Assembly (NCBI GenBank): GCA_027339965.1
Contig: DAHWNL010000009.1
Span: 1 to 64,000, forward strand
DNA: 64,000 nucleotides
Source of the DNA: Granulicella sp.
GTDB taxonomy: Bacteria; Acidobacteriota; Terriglobia; Terriglobales; Acidobacteriaceae
Direction of reading: 5' to 3'
The notes under the pieces are model-generated. The model was not told where the DNA came from, ran no database searches, and saw nothing but the letters and a program-made list of their open reading frames with translations. The position numbers and the translations under genes were made by a program. Positions 42,014 to 50,697 of the stretch are shown piece by piece (the first letter of the stretch is position 1; each line of letters starts with the position of its first letter).

Positions 42014-43210
42014 ATGACCGAATCCACCTTGCTACCGGCCACCGAACGCTCCGTCACCATCCCCGAGCAGCACCGCTGGCTATCGGTCGACGTCCTTCGT
42101 GGCCTCACCATTGGCTTCATGATCATGGTGAACAACAACGGAGGCGGCTCCGCCGCCTACTGGGCCATGAAGCATGCCAACTGGAACGGCTTCACTCCCA
42201 CAGACCTCGTCTTCCCCACCTTCCTCTTTCTCGTGGGCATCTCCACCGTCTTCTCCACTCAGGCGCGCCTGGCCAAGGGAGACTCGAGATCCTCGCTTCT
42301 CGGCCACGCCTTCCGCCGCGCAATCATCCTCTATCTGCTCGGGCTGGTGGTCAACAGCTTCCCGTTCTTCCACCTCGCCACCATGCGCTTCTACGGCGTC
42401 CTGCCGCGCATCGCCATCTGCTACCTGATCGTCGCAGTCTTTTACCTCTACCGTCCCTCCTGGAAGGACAAGGCCGTCGTCGCCGGCGTCTGCCTGCTCG
42501 GCTATTGGATCCTGATGCGCTTCGTTCCCGTCCCCGGCTACGGCGTGCCCACCCATCAGATCTCTCTGCTGGACAAGAACGCCAACCTCGCCGCCTGGCT
42601 CGACCGCCAGATCTTCGCTCCCCACCATCTTTACGAGGGCGTCCGCGATCCCGAGGGCCTGCTCAGCACCATCCCCGCCATTGCCACCACGCTTATCGGC
42701 TTGCTCACCGGCATCTGGCTGCGCTCCACCCGCCCCATCGCTCAGAAAGCTCGGGCCATCGCCTGGGCCGGCTGCGCCGGACTGCTGAGCGGCGGCCTCT
42801 GGAACTTCACCTTTCCCGTCAACAAGAAGCTGTGGACAAGTTCCTACGTCCTCTACGCCGCTGGTTGGAGCCTGTTGCTTCTGGCTCTCAGCATCTACCT
42901 TATCGACATTCTCTCCGCGCGCCGATCCCCACCGGCGTCCGACGACCAGATTCGCAAGCGCTACACGATTCTGCTTGTCTTTGGCACCAACGCGATCGCG
43001 GCCTACGTTCTTTCCGAACTCCTGCCCGGGGCCCTCAACCTTTTCCATCCCCGGCCCGGTGTAGCCTTTCTGCGCTGGTTTTACCTCAGCATCCTGAGCA
43101 ACCTTCCCTACGCGCCCATGGCCTCGATGGTCTACAGCATCCTCTTCGTCGCAGTCTGCTGGGTCCCCATCTACGTCATGTACCGCCGCCGCATCTTCCT
43201 AAAAATCTGA
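42014..43210 (+). CDS. Heparan-alpha-glucosaminide N-acetyltransferase-like (HGSNAT/NagX) membrane protein
   Basis: SVDVLRGLT...MIMVNN, HANWNGFTPTDLVFPTFLF, GVLPRI, DPEGLLSTIPA, PVNKKLWTSSYVL, GTNAI. Confidence 0.9.
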   Translation: MTESTLLPATERSVTIPEQHRWLSVDVLRGLTIGFMIMVNNNGGGSAAYWAMKHANWNGFTPTDLVFPTFLFLVGISTVFSTQARLAKGDSRSSLLGHAFRRAIILYLLGLVVNSFPFFHLATMRFYGVLPRIAICYLIVAVFYLYRPSWKDKAVVAGVCLLGYWILMRFVPVPGYGVPTHQISLLDKNANLAAWLDRQIFAPHHLYEGVRDPEGLLSTIPAIATTLIGLLTGIWLRSTRPIAQKARAIAWAGCAGLLSGGLWNFTFPVNKKLWTSSYVLYAAGWSLLLLALSIYLIDILSARRSPPASDDQIRKRYTILLVFGTNAIAAYVLSELLPGALNLFHPRPGVAFLRWFYLSILSNLPYAPMASMVYSILFVAVCWVPIYVMYRRRIFLKI

Positions 43211-43368
43211 TCCACCAGCTCTCGGTGGCAAAACTTGCCTGGCCGCAACTTCCTCGGAGTTCCACAGCAGGCTCCTGTTCCTTCAACTCCCATCCCTGCC
43301 CCGAACGCGACTCTTTCCGCCGAGCACGCACAGCGCGGCGGGCTAGCTTCAACAGGCATGCCGCCAGA

Positions 43369-43408
43369 CAGCAACGGCTCGCTCCACCCATGGAGCGAGC
43401 CGTTGCTG
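43369..43408. terminator. Perfect 18-bp hairpin
   Basis: CAGCAACGGCTCGCTCCA-CCCA-TGGAGCGAGCCGTTGCTG, between convergent genes. Confidence 0.7.
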
Positions 43409-43417
43409 CAGTGATCT

Positions 43418-43568
43418 GTTGAGATTGACCTGAGGCATCCGTCCCATGCCGGGGAATGAACCCGGCGGGCTAAGCGCCTCGGAGTTTGCATCCAGACGGA
43501 GGGTATCTTCCTTTCCCTCCGCACTCCAGGTTGAAAGCACGAATGCCTTAAGCCTCAGTCACCTCACG
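43418..43568 (-). ncRNA. Candidate structured RNA (closing stem, central bubble, apical stem); strand tentative
   Basis: Plus-strand pairings: GAGGCATCCGT/ACGAATGCCTT, GAGATTGAC/GTCACCTC, GCCGGG/CCCGGC, GGAGT/ACTCC, CGGAGGG/CCCTCCG; adjacent to a strong hairpin; no convincing ORF. Confidence 0.4.
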
Positions 43569-43729
43569 TGTTTTTGTGCAACTGGAACTCTCAATTTTCA
43601 TAGGCGTTGGATCACCCTCCTTTCCCGTGTTGATCCCCAAACTACGCCGCTCCGCGAGTCCACGTCAACATCTCGGCTTGTCCCAAGAACCGACATCTGC
43701 AAGGCCCAGCAACCCTGAGAAGAATCCTC

Positions 43730-44224
43730 TCACCTGTCGGAGCCCCACCTTGCGCCAGCGCGGGAGGCCTCCGCGCGGCGTAACCTCAGTCGCAGCACCC
43801 AGCCCAGATCGAAAAGCAACGTTCCGAGAACTGCGAAGACGATCGCCCCTTGATACGTCAACCAGACCGTAGCCAGGATGGCCCCTTCAGGATCTCCGGG
43901 AGGATACAGCACCGGGATACTCTCCCCAGCGGGAAACTCAATCTCCTGCGACCGATGGTTCACTGCATCCAGGGTCAGGAGATCTCCATCCGGCAGACGC
44001 AGGCGGAAGCGCGGCGTGTAAACCACCTCGCCCCGCTGGTTCAGCACCGCTACATTCTCGGTGATGGTCGCCGTCGCTCGCACTCTGGACCGGCTGAAGG
44101 CCCAGGAGCGCAGCCCAAATCCCGCAGAGACCACAAGCAGGATCACCCCCGCCCAAGGCAGCTTCACAGCCAGCGGAGGAGTTGCCTGCCGCATGCTTCT
44201 GCGCAACCAGTTCAGAAACTCCAT
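43730..44224 (-). CDS. DUF3592-like membrane protein
   Basis: Two TM segments flanking a beta-rich domain (ATATITE...YTPRFR...GESIPVLYPPGDP). Confidence 0.75.
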   Translation of the reverse strand: MEFLNWLRRSMRQATPPLAVKLPWAGVILLVVSAGFGLRSWAFSRSRVRATATITENVAVLNQRGEVVYTPRFRLRLPDGDLLTLDAVNHRSQEIEFPAGESIPVLYPPGDPEGAILATVWLTYQGAIVFAVLGTLLFDLGWVLRLRLRRAEASRAGARWGSDR

Positions 44225-44528
44225 CCACCCACTCTAGCAACTGTAGCAACGGCCAGCCCGATCTGCACCAGACAGACGGAACTCTTGCAGAACTCTTGGC
44301 TTTCTCTTCGCAAGCGGAGAGAAAGCACAGATTCCGGCGCTCGTTTTGCTCCGTCGTGGAAAGCGAACGCCGGGATGGAACGCTCGGAGGAGTGCAAGGA
44401 ATCGATCTCGCGCATCCATCGCGTCTTTATAGACAAGCCTGTACAGACAAGCCTGTGCGGCGGCATCCCATGGTCAGACCCGATGTTGGAAGCGGAACCA
44501 GCCTTCCATCCCTCTATACTGGACTCCC

Positions 44529-45452
44529 ATGTTGACTGGACCGCTTGCCTTCGAACTGCCAGCTTTCCTTATCGGCCTTTTGCTGGGCAGCTTTCTCAAC
44601 GTCTGCATCTCCCGCCTGCCGAGGCACCAGAGCATTCTTAAGCCCCGATCCCACTGTCCTGACTGCCTGCAGACCATCGCCTGGCATGACAACATCCCAA
44701 TCTTGAGCTGGATGCTTCTGCGTGGCCGCTGCCGGCAATGCGGGAAACCCATCGCCTGGCGCTATCCCCTGATGGAACTTGGCTGTGCCGCATGGCTCAC
44801 CTTCGCCGCGCGCACAGCTTTTCCTTTGCTCAAGCCCGGGCTGCCCTTCAACACCGTGGTCCATGCCATGCTGGACGCAACCGGGCTGGCCGTGCTCGGT
44901 CTTCTGCTGCTGGGTCTACTGGTGATGGACTGGCAGACCCACACACTCCCCGACGCCTTCACCCTGAGTGGATCTCTGATTGGCCTGCTGCTGATCTGCG
45001 TCCGCGCCGCCTATCTGTTGCCGCATCAGTACGACCTTTTGCTGAACGGCCCGGATCCTCTCACCAGCGTTGGAGGAGCGATGGATCAAGGCAACATCGT
45101 TCTGACCGGCCCGGAGCACCTGATTCTGGGCCGCCTCTTCGCAATGGTCCTTCTGGCTGGGGTCCTGCTCTTCATCCGGTTCGCTTATAAGATGTTGCGC
45201 GGCCGTGAGGGCCTGGGCATGGGAGACATCAAACTGGCCGCCATGATGGCAGCTTTCCTCGGTTTCTGGCTGGGGGCCTTTGCGGTCTTCCTTGGAGTGA
45301 TTCTCTGCGCCGGATATGCAGTTACGCTAATCGCCCGGCATCGCGCCAGCGCAACAACCCGTCTTCCGCTGGGTACATTTCTCTGCATCGGCGGGCTGGC
45401 CGCCGCGATTCTTGGGGCACCGATTATCGCCTGGTACGCTTCGCTGTTTTGA
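44529..45452 (+). CDS. pilD: Type IV prepilin peptidase (A24)
   Basis: GSFLNVCISRLP, SHCPDC, DNIPILSW..LRGRCRQC, RYPLMEL, GLGMGDIKL, PLGTFL. Confidence 0.93.
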   Translation: MLTGPLAFELPAFLIGLLLGSFLNVCISRLPRHQSILKPRSHCPDCLQTIAWHDNIPILSWMLLRGRCRQCGKPIAWRYPLMELGCAAWLTFAARTAFPLLKPGLPFNTVVHAMLDATGLAVLGLLLLGLLVMDWQTHTLPDAFTLSGSLIGLLLICVRAAYLLPHQYDLLLNGPDPLTSVGGAMDQGNIVLTGPEHLILGRLFAMVLLAGVLLFIRFAYKMLRGREGLGMGDIKLAAMMAAFLGFWLGAFAVFLGVILCAGYAVTLIARHRASATTRLPLGTFLCIGGLAAAILGAPIIAWYASLF

Positions 45453-45520
45453 AGCATACATCTCTCGCCCGGGGCTCTCTTGACCCTTGGACCGCGCCAC
45501 TCCTACACTTAAAGTCAGTC

Positions 45521-45931
45521 ATGAATTCGTCGAACCCGTACCTATGGCAGTACCTTCCGCTTGCCCTCCAACTCCTGGTAGCCCTGGGTATGGCTGCGGG
45601 CATGGTGACTGCGTCCTTTTTCCTGGGGACACACAAGCGCTCTCGCACCAAGCTGAGCGCCTATGAATGCGGCATGGATCCCGTCGGGGATGCGCGCGGG
45701 CGCTTCTCGGTGAAGTTCTACATGGTTGCCATGCTGTTCATTCTCTTCGATGTGGAGGCGGTATTCGTTCTTCCCTGGGCGGTCATCTATCGCCAACTGC
45801 CGGCGACCACAGGATCACGTTTCTTCGGTTTCTGGGAGATGCTGGTCTACCTCAGCTTCGTGGCGGTGGGCCTCTTCTATGTCTGGAAGAAGGGCATCCT
45901 CAATTGGTCCAACGACAAAGCGGACCTTTAG
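45521..45931 (+). CDS. nuoA: NADH-quinone oxidoreductase subunit A
   Basis: YECGMDP, FSVKFY, LFILFDVE, VWKKG.L.W; start at MNSSN. Confidence 0.96.
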   Translation: MNSSNPYLWQYLPLALQLLVALGMAAGMVTASFFLGTHKRSRTKLSAYECGMDPVGDARGRFSVKFYMVAMLFILFDVEAVFVLPWAVIYRQLPATTGSRFFGFWEMLVYLSFVAVGLFYVWKKGILNWSNDKADL

Positions 45932-45998
45932 GAGCGGACCTCAAACTGCATCTCAGGCGCTCTCGGTCAGCGCCTCCAAATCGATTCAGAAGGACTCT

Positions 45999-46547
45999 AT
46001 GGCTGATCATCCCTCCTCGTCCTCGACCTCTTCTTCGGCCAACCCAACTGCCGAGCCGTCAGCCATCTTCGGCAAGCAGGCCATTCTGGAAGCCTTTGCC
46101 GGCCATCCGGCCGTGCATACTCTGGAGCAGTTGTTGATAGACGCCAAGTGGGACCGTCAGGAGCTGACTCTGAGCGTCGCTCCTCAAACCATCCTGGATG
46201 CTGTCCGAGCGATCAAGGCGGCCGGATACAACTTCCTGGAAGACGTGACCGCCGTCGATTGGTATCCCACCGACACTCCGTCGGCTCCCCGCTTTCAGAT
46301 CAGTTACTCCATCCTCAGCCATAGCCGAAAGGAGCGCATTCGCATTGTGGCAAGGGTGATGGGCGACAACCCGCACATGGACTCGATCACGTCCGTGTGG
46401 CCCTCAGCCAACTTTTACGAACGGGAGGTCTTCGACCTGTTCGGCATCCACTTCGCCGGCCATCCCCACCTCACCCGCATCATGCTGCCTGACAACTGGA
46501 ACGGCCATCCATTGCGCAAGGATTACCCCGTGGAGGGATATCGCTAA
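45999..46547 (+). CDS. nuoC: NADH-quinone oxidoreductase subunit C
   Basis: DVTAVDW, ANFYEREVFDLFGI.F.GHP.L.RI, GHPLRKDYP; ATG after SD AAGGA. Confidence 0.96.
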   Translation: MADHPSSSSTSSSANPTAEPSAIFGKQAILEAFAGHPAVHTLEQLLIDAKWDRQELTLSVAPQTILDAVRAIKAAGYNFLEDVTAVDWYPTDTPSAPRFQISYSILSHSRKERIRIVARVMGDNPHMDSITSVWPSANFYEREVFDLFGIHFAGHPHLTRIMLPDNWNGHPLRKDYPVEGYR

Positions 46548-47932
46548 TGAGTTATAACCCCGTTCTCGATCGGGAGACGCAAGAGGACGACCGTCCCACC
46601 AGCTTTGTTCCGTCCGAAGTCGGCATGCAAGACGCAACAGGAGACACAACAGGCGCGACCTTGGCCGGAATTCGCCCCGCCGAAGGGATCCTTGTCCCCG
46701 ACGCCGAAGACATCGTCCAGGGCTCCGCCTCTCATCGGCATGGCTCTGACCCCGTGGTCTCCCAGACCATGGTGCTCAACATGGGCCCGCAGCATCCGTC
46801 CACCCACGGAGTCTTGCGGCTGGTGTTGGAGGTAGATGGCGAGACTGTGGTCTCTCTGGCTCCCGATATCGGCTATCTGCACACCGGCATTGAAAAGACC
46901 TGTGAAGCGAAGTTTTACAACCAGGTAACGCCGCTGACGGATCGAATCGACTATCTCTGCCCGATGACCAACAACACGGCGTACGCTTTGGCGGTGGAGA
47001 AGCTGCTGGGCCTGGAAGTTCCGGAACGGGCGCAGGTCCTGCGTGTTCTGCTCAATGAGCTCACTCGCATTCAATCTCACCTGGTTTGGCTCGGCACCCA
47101 TGCCATGGACATTGGAGCGCTCACCGTCTTTCTTTACTGCTTCCGCGAACGCGAGGATCTGCTGCGGATCTTCGAGGCCATAAGCGGACAGCGGATGATG
47201 GGCAGCTATATCCGCATCGGAGGCGTGGCGCTGGAGCCTCCCGCCGGCATCTATGACCGGATTCGCTCTTTCCTCAACGACTTCCCGGAGCATATTTCCG
47301 AGTACGAGGGACTGCTCAACGCCAACCCCATCTGGATAGGCCGGCTCAAAGACGTCGGCCATCTTTCGGCCGAGGATGCGATCGCTCTGGGCGTGACCGG
47401 CCCCAGCCTGCGCGCCTCTGGCGTGGACTTTGATCTGCGCCGCGATATGCCTTACTCCAGCTACGAAAGATTTAAGTTCAACATTCCCGTCTCGAACGGC
47501 TGCGACGTATGGGCTCGCTATCTGGTCCGGATGCAGGAGATGCGTGAGTCCACTCTCATCTGCCACCAGGCTCTTGACCTTCTGGCCACGCTGCATCATC
47601 AGCCCCTCCACGCCGATGCGCCCAAGATCCTCCTCCCCGATCGGGAGAAGATGAAGACCCAGATGGAGTCTTTGATCCATCACTTCAAGATCGTCACGGA
47701 AGGCTTCCAGGTCCCGGCCGGCGAGGCGACCAGTTCGGTGGAGGCTCCGCACGGCATGATGAACTACTACGTCGTCTCCGATGGCACCTCCAAACCGTAC
47801 CGGGTACACATGCGCAACGCCGACTTCGCCAATCTGCAAGCTCTGGAGACCATGTGCAAAGGCCGTCTGATTGCAGACGTGGTCGCCGTAATTGGTTCGA
47901 TCGACATCGTTCTGGGAGCCATTGACCGTTAG
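46547..47932 (+). CDS. nuoD: NADH-quinone oxidoreductase subunit D
   Basis: NMGPQHPSTHGVLRL, GYLHTGIEK, DRIDY, HHFK, DIVLGAIDR; acidic N-terminal extension. Confidence 0.97.
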   Translation: MSYNPVLDRETQEDDRPTSFVPSEVGMQDATGDTTGATLAGIRPAEGILVPDAEDIVQGSASHRHGSDPVVSQTMVLNMGPQHPSTHGVLRLVLEVDGETVVSLAPDIGYLHTGIEKTCEAKFYNQVTPLTDRIDYLCPMTNNTAYALAVEKLLGLEVPERAQVLRVLLNELTRIQSHLVWLGTHAMDIGALTVFLYCFREREDLLRIFEAISGQRMMGSYIRIGGVALEPPAGIYDRIRSFLNDFPEHISEYEGLLNANPIWIGRLKDVGHLSAEDAIALGVTGPSLRASGVDFDLRRDMPYSSYERFKFNIPVSNGCDVWARYLVRMQEMRESTLICHQALDLLATLHHQPLHADAPKILLPDREKMKTQMESLIHHFKIVTEGFQVPAGEATSSVEAPHGMMNYYVVSDGTSKPYRVHMRNADFANLQALETMCKGRLIADVVAVIGSIDIVLGAIDR

Positions 47933-48105
47933 GAACTTCGATACAGCGGTCGCCGGAGACCACGCAGAGACGGCGACGAGGGTTCTCCTCAACGCCGGCC
48001 GCTCCGCTCCCTGAAGGACGAGAAAACCAACGCGGTTGGGCTGTTTCTGCCGCGACCGCTTTACGCAGCTCCAGCCCCTTCAACCGCACACGCACACGGA
48101 CTCAC

Positions 48106-48423
48106 TTGAACCCTCGCCTCCAAGCCGAACTCTGGACGTCCTGGGCCTCTATGCTGCGCAGTTATGCCGCAGCCCACGGACTCAACAGCACCCATCATGC
48201 CATTGTCGAGGTCAGCGCAGACCAGATCACCCTGCGCGTCGACGACCGCTGGCTTCGATTTTCATTTCGTGATATGCAACACAGCGGAGAGCCTGCGGCG
48301 CCTTTTATGCTGAACGAGGACGGAACCGTCACATTGGGCAAGAACCATGAACCGGCAACTTCCATCGCCATGGACATGGCCGCGGAGCAGTTTGCTCGCC
48401 AGATGCTGGCCGAAGCGCGGTAA
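48106..48423 (+). CDS. Small hypothetical protein inserted between nuoD and nuoE
   Basis: 105-aa TTG-start ORF co-oriented with nuo, with protein-like composition (ELWTSWASMLRSYAAAHG...MDMAAEQFAR). Confidence 0.7.
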   Translation: MNPRLQAELWTSWASMLRSYAAAHGLNSTHHAIVEVSADQITLRVDDRWLRFSFRDMQHSGEPAAPFMLNEDGTVTLGKNHEPATSIAMDMAAEQFARQMLAEAR

Positions 48424-48480
48424 TCTGGTAGTTGCGGTTGCAAGATTTGTCTCACTCCATCCCGCCGCAGGAAGATCCTT

Positions 48481-48981
48481 ATGGCCACCATCTCTCAGTC
48501 GATCTTTTCTCCCGCCACAGCCGCTCGCTTTGACAAGCTCGCAACCATCTACCCGGTGAAGCGCTCCGCGCTGGTCCCCATGCTGCTTTACGCGCAGGAT
48601 GAGGTGGGTTACGTCTCCGATGCCGTGGTCGGCGAGATCGCCGAACGGCTTGACTTGCTCGAACTCGACGTCCGCAATGTTCTCAGCTACTACTCCATGC
48701 TGCGCACCCAGCCGGCGGGGAAGTACAACGTGCAGGTATGCACCAACATCTCCTGCATGCTGCGCGGCGGCTTCGAATTGCTTGACCACTGCAAGTACAG
48801 ACTCGGTATCAATCACAAGGAGACCACCCCGGACGGTCTATTCTCTTTGGAGGAGGTGGAGTGCATCGGTGCCTGCTGCTGGGCCCCGGCAGTCCAGGTG
48901 AACTATGACTTCCATGACGACCTGACTCCGGCGAAGCTGGACGCCGTTCTGGACAGCTATCGCACCCGCGAGGCCAAATAG
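48481..48981 (+). CDS. nuoE: NADH-quinone oxidoreductase subunit E
   Basis: VCTNISCMLRG and EVECIGACCWAP, the N1a [2Fe-2S] motifs. Confidence 0.96.
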   Translation: MATISQSIFSPATAARFDKLATIYPVKRSALVPMLLYAQDEVGYVSDAVVGEIAERLDLLELDVRNVLSYYSMLRTQPAGKYNVQVCTNISCMLRGGFELLDHCKYRLGINHKETTPDGLFSLEEVECIGACCWAPAVQVNYDFHDDLTPAKLDAVLDSYRTREAK

Positions 48982-49362
48982 CCTTGCGTTTCGACGGTGG
49001 CAGCATCGATGCTACCTGGACCGCATCCAGCCAGTCTGTGCTCAACCTCGTCATGTTCTCGAGTCGAACTCATGGGCGACGTCTCCATGCTTTGTCGGCG
49101 GAGAGTCCTGCCATTCGCCATGCAGACTGCGGTTATGGTTTCCCTTCGAGCACTGGAACGATCCGACGCGCCCTTGCCGGGATGCGGAATGGACTCCAGC
49201 GAACGATTCTCGCACCCGGCGGCAGCCCTTGTTCTATGCGCCCGTTCCGCGTGCCTTTCGAAAGCACTCATTTTGACGTTGACCGCATTCTTGCAGAGCA
49301 CAGCGCTAGCCCAGCGCTTCGCCAAAATCGCGTAAACTGGAATCTCACGGTAAGGAACCAGT

Positions 49363-50697
49363 ATGCCAACTCTTGCCTCACACCCCGATGAAGTAAAAGT
49401 TCTCTCCCGCCGATTTGGTCTGGGTGCAGCCAGCATCGACAAGTACCTTGAGCTGGATGGCTACAAAGCTGCGCAAAAGGCTATCGCGGAAGGCCCGGAT
49501 TGGATTATCAACACCATGAAGGCCAGCGGTCTCCGGGGCCGCGGAGGCGCAGGGTTCCCCACCGGCATGAAGTGGTCCTTTGTCCCCAAGGTCTCGGAGA
49601 AGCCAAAGTACATTCTGGTCAATGGCGATGAGTCCGAGCCGGGCACCTGCAAGGATCACTTGATTTTTCGTGAAGATCCGCATTCGATCATCGAGGGCGC
49701 CATGATCGCCGGTCTCTCCGTGGGCGCGAAGATGGGCTTTATCTATCTGCGCGGAGAGTACCGATACCTGCTCAACATCATGGAGAAGGCTGTCGCCGAT
49801 GCCTACGCCCGGGGATTTCTGGGCAAAAACATCTTCGGCAACCAGGGAGTGGACTTCGATGTGATCACCCAGACCGGCGCCGGGGCCTATGAGGTAGGCG
49901 AGGAGTCGGCTCTGATGGAATCGCTGGAGGGCAAACGCGGCGTTCCCCGCATCCGTCCTCCCTTCCCGGCTGTAGTGGGTCTCTACGGCGGGCCGACGAT
50001 CATCAATAACGCAGAGACGATCGCCAACGCGCCCCACATCCTGCTGATGGGCGGCGAAGCGTACGCTAAGCTGGGCACAGAGCGCAACGGCGGCACGCGG
50101 CTGTTCGGCATCTCCGGCCATGTGGAGCGCCCAGGCGTCTACGAACTCCCCATGGGCTACTCGCTACGCAAGGCCATCTATGACGTGGCCGGCGGGATTC
50201 GCGGCGGCAAGCAACTGAAGGCCGTGGTGCCTGGCGGCGCATCCTGCCCTGTGCTGCGGGCCGATGAGATCGACGTTGGCCTGGACTTCGATCAAATGGC
50301 CAAGGCAGGCACCATGCTCGGCTCCGGGGGCATCGTCGTTCTGGATGAGACGGTCTCCATGGTGGAGTTCGCCCTGCGCACCATACGCTTTTACCAGCAC
50401 GAGTCCTGCGGATGGTGTATCCCGTGCCGCGAGGGTACCGACTGGATCAAGAAGACCCTGACGCGCTTCCATGCCGGCGGGGGTACGAAAAAGGATATCG
50501 ATAACGTTCAGTACATCGCCGAAAACATGCTGGGCCGGACCTTCTGTCCGCTGGGCGATGCGGCCGCCATGCCCACCCTGGGCTTTGTCAAGAAGTTCCG
50601 CGGCGAATTCGAGGAGTATCTGAACGGTGTCCGCGTCGCCAGCCCCCTGATCAAGATCACCCCGATGGGTGCAAACGTACACGCAGGAGCCCATTGA
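49363..50697 (+). CDS. nuoF: NADH-quinone oxidoreductase subunit F
   Basis: SGLRGRGGAGFPTGMKW, DESEPGTCKD, ESCGWCIPCREG...FCPLGD. Confidence 0.97.
   Translation: MPTLASHPDEVKVLSRRFGLGAASIDKYLELDGYKAAQKAIAEGPDWIINTMKASGLRGRGGAGFPTGMKWSFVPKVSEKPKYILVNGDESEPGTCKDHLIFREDPHSIIEGAMIAGLSVGAKMGFIYLRGEYRYLLNIMEKAVADAYARGFLGKNIFGNQGVDFDVITQTGAGAYEVGEESALMESLEGKRGVPRIRPPFPAVVGLYGGPTIINNAETIANAPHILLMGGEAYAKLGTERNGGTRLFGISGHVERPGVYELPMGYSLRKAIYDVAGGIRGGKQLKAVVPGGASCPVLRADEIDVGLDFDQMAKAGTMLGSGGIVVLDETVSMVEFALRTIRFYQHESCGWCIPCREGTDWIKKTLTRFHAGGGTKKDIDNVQYIAENMLGRTFCPLGDAAAMPTLGFVKKFRGEFEEYLNGVRVASPLIKITPMGANVHAGAH

Noticed and set aside
45726..45998. N-terminal extension of the nuoC ORF as a hidden nuoB
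   Set aside because: It is an alternate frame of nuoA and lacks NuoB motifs (ACC.IE, GCPP).
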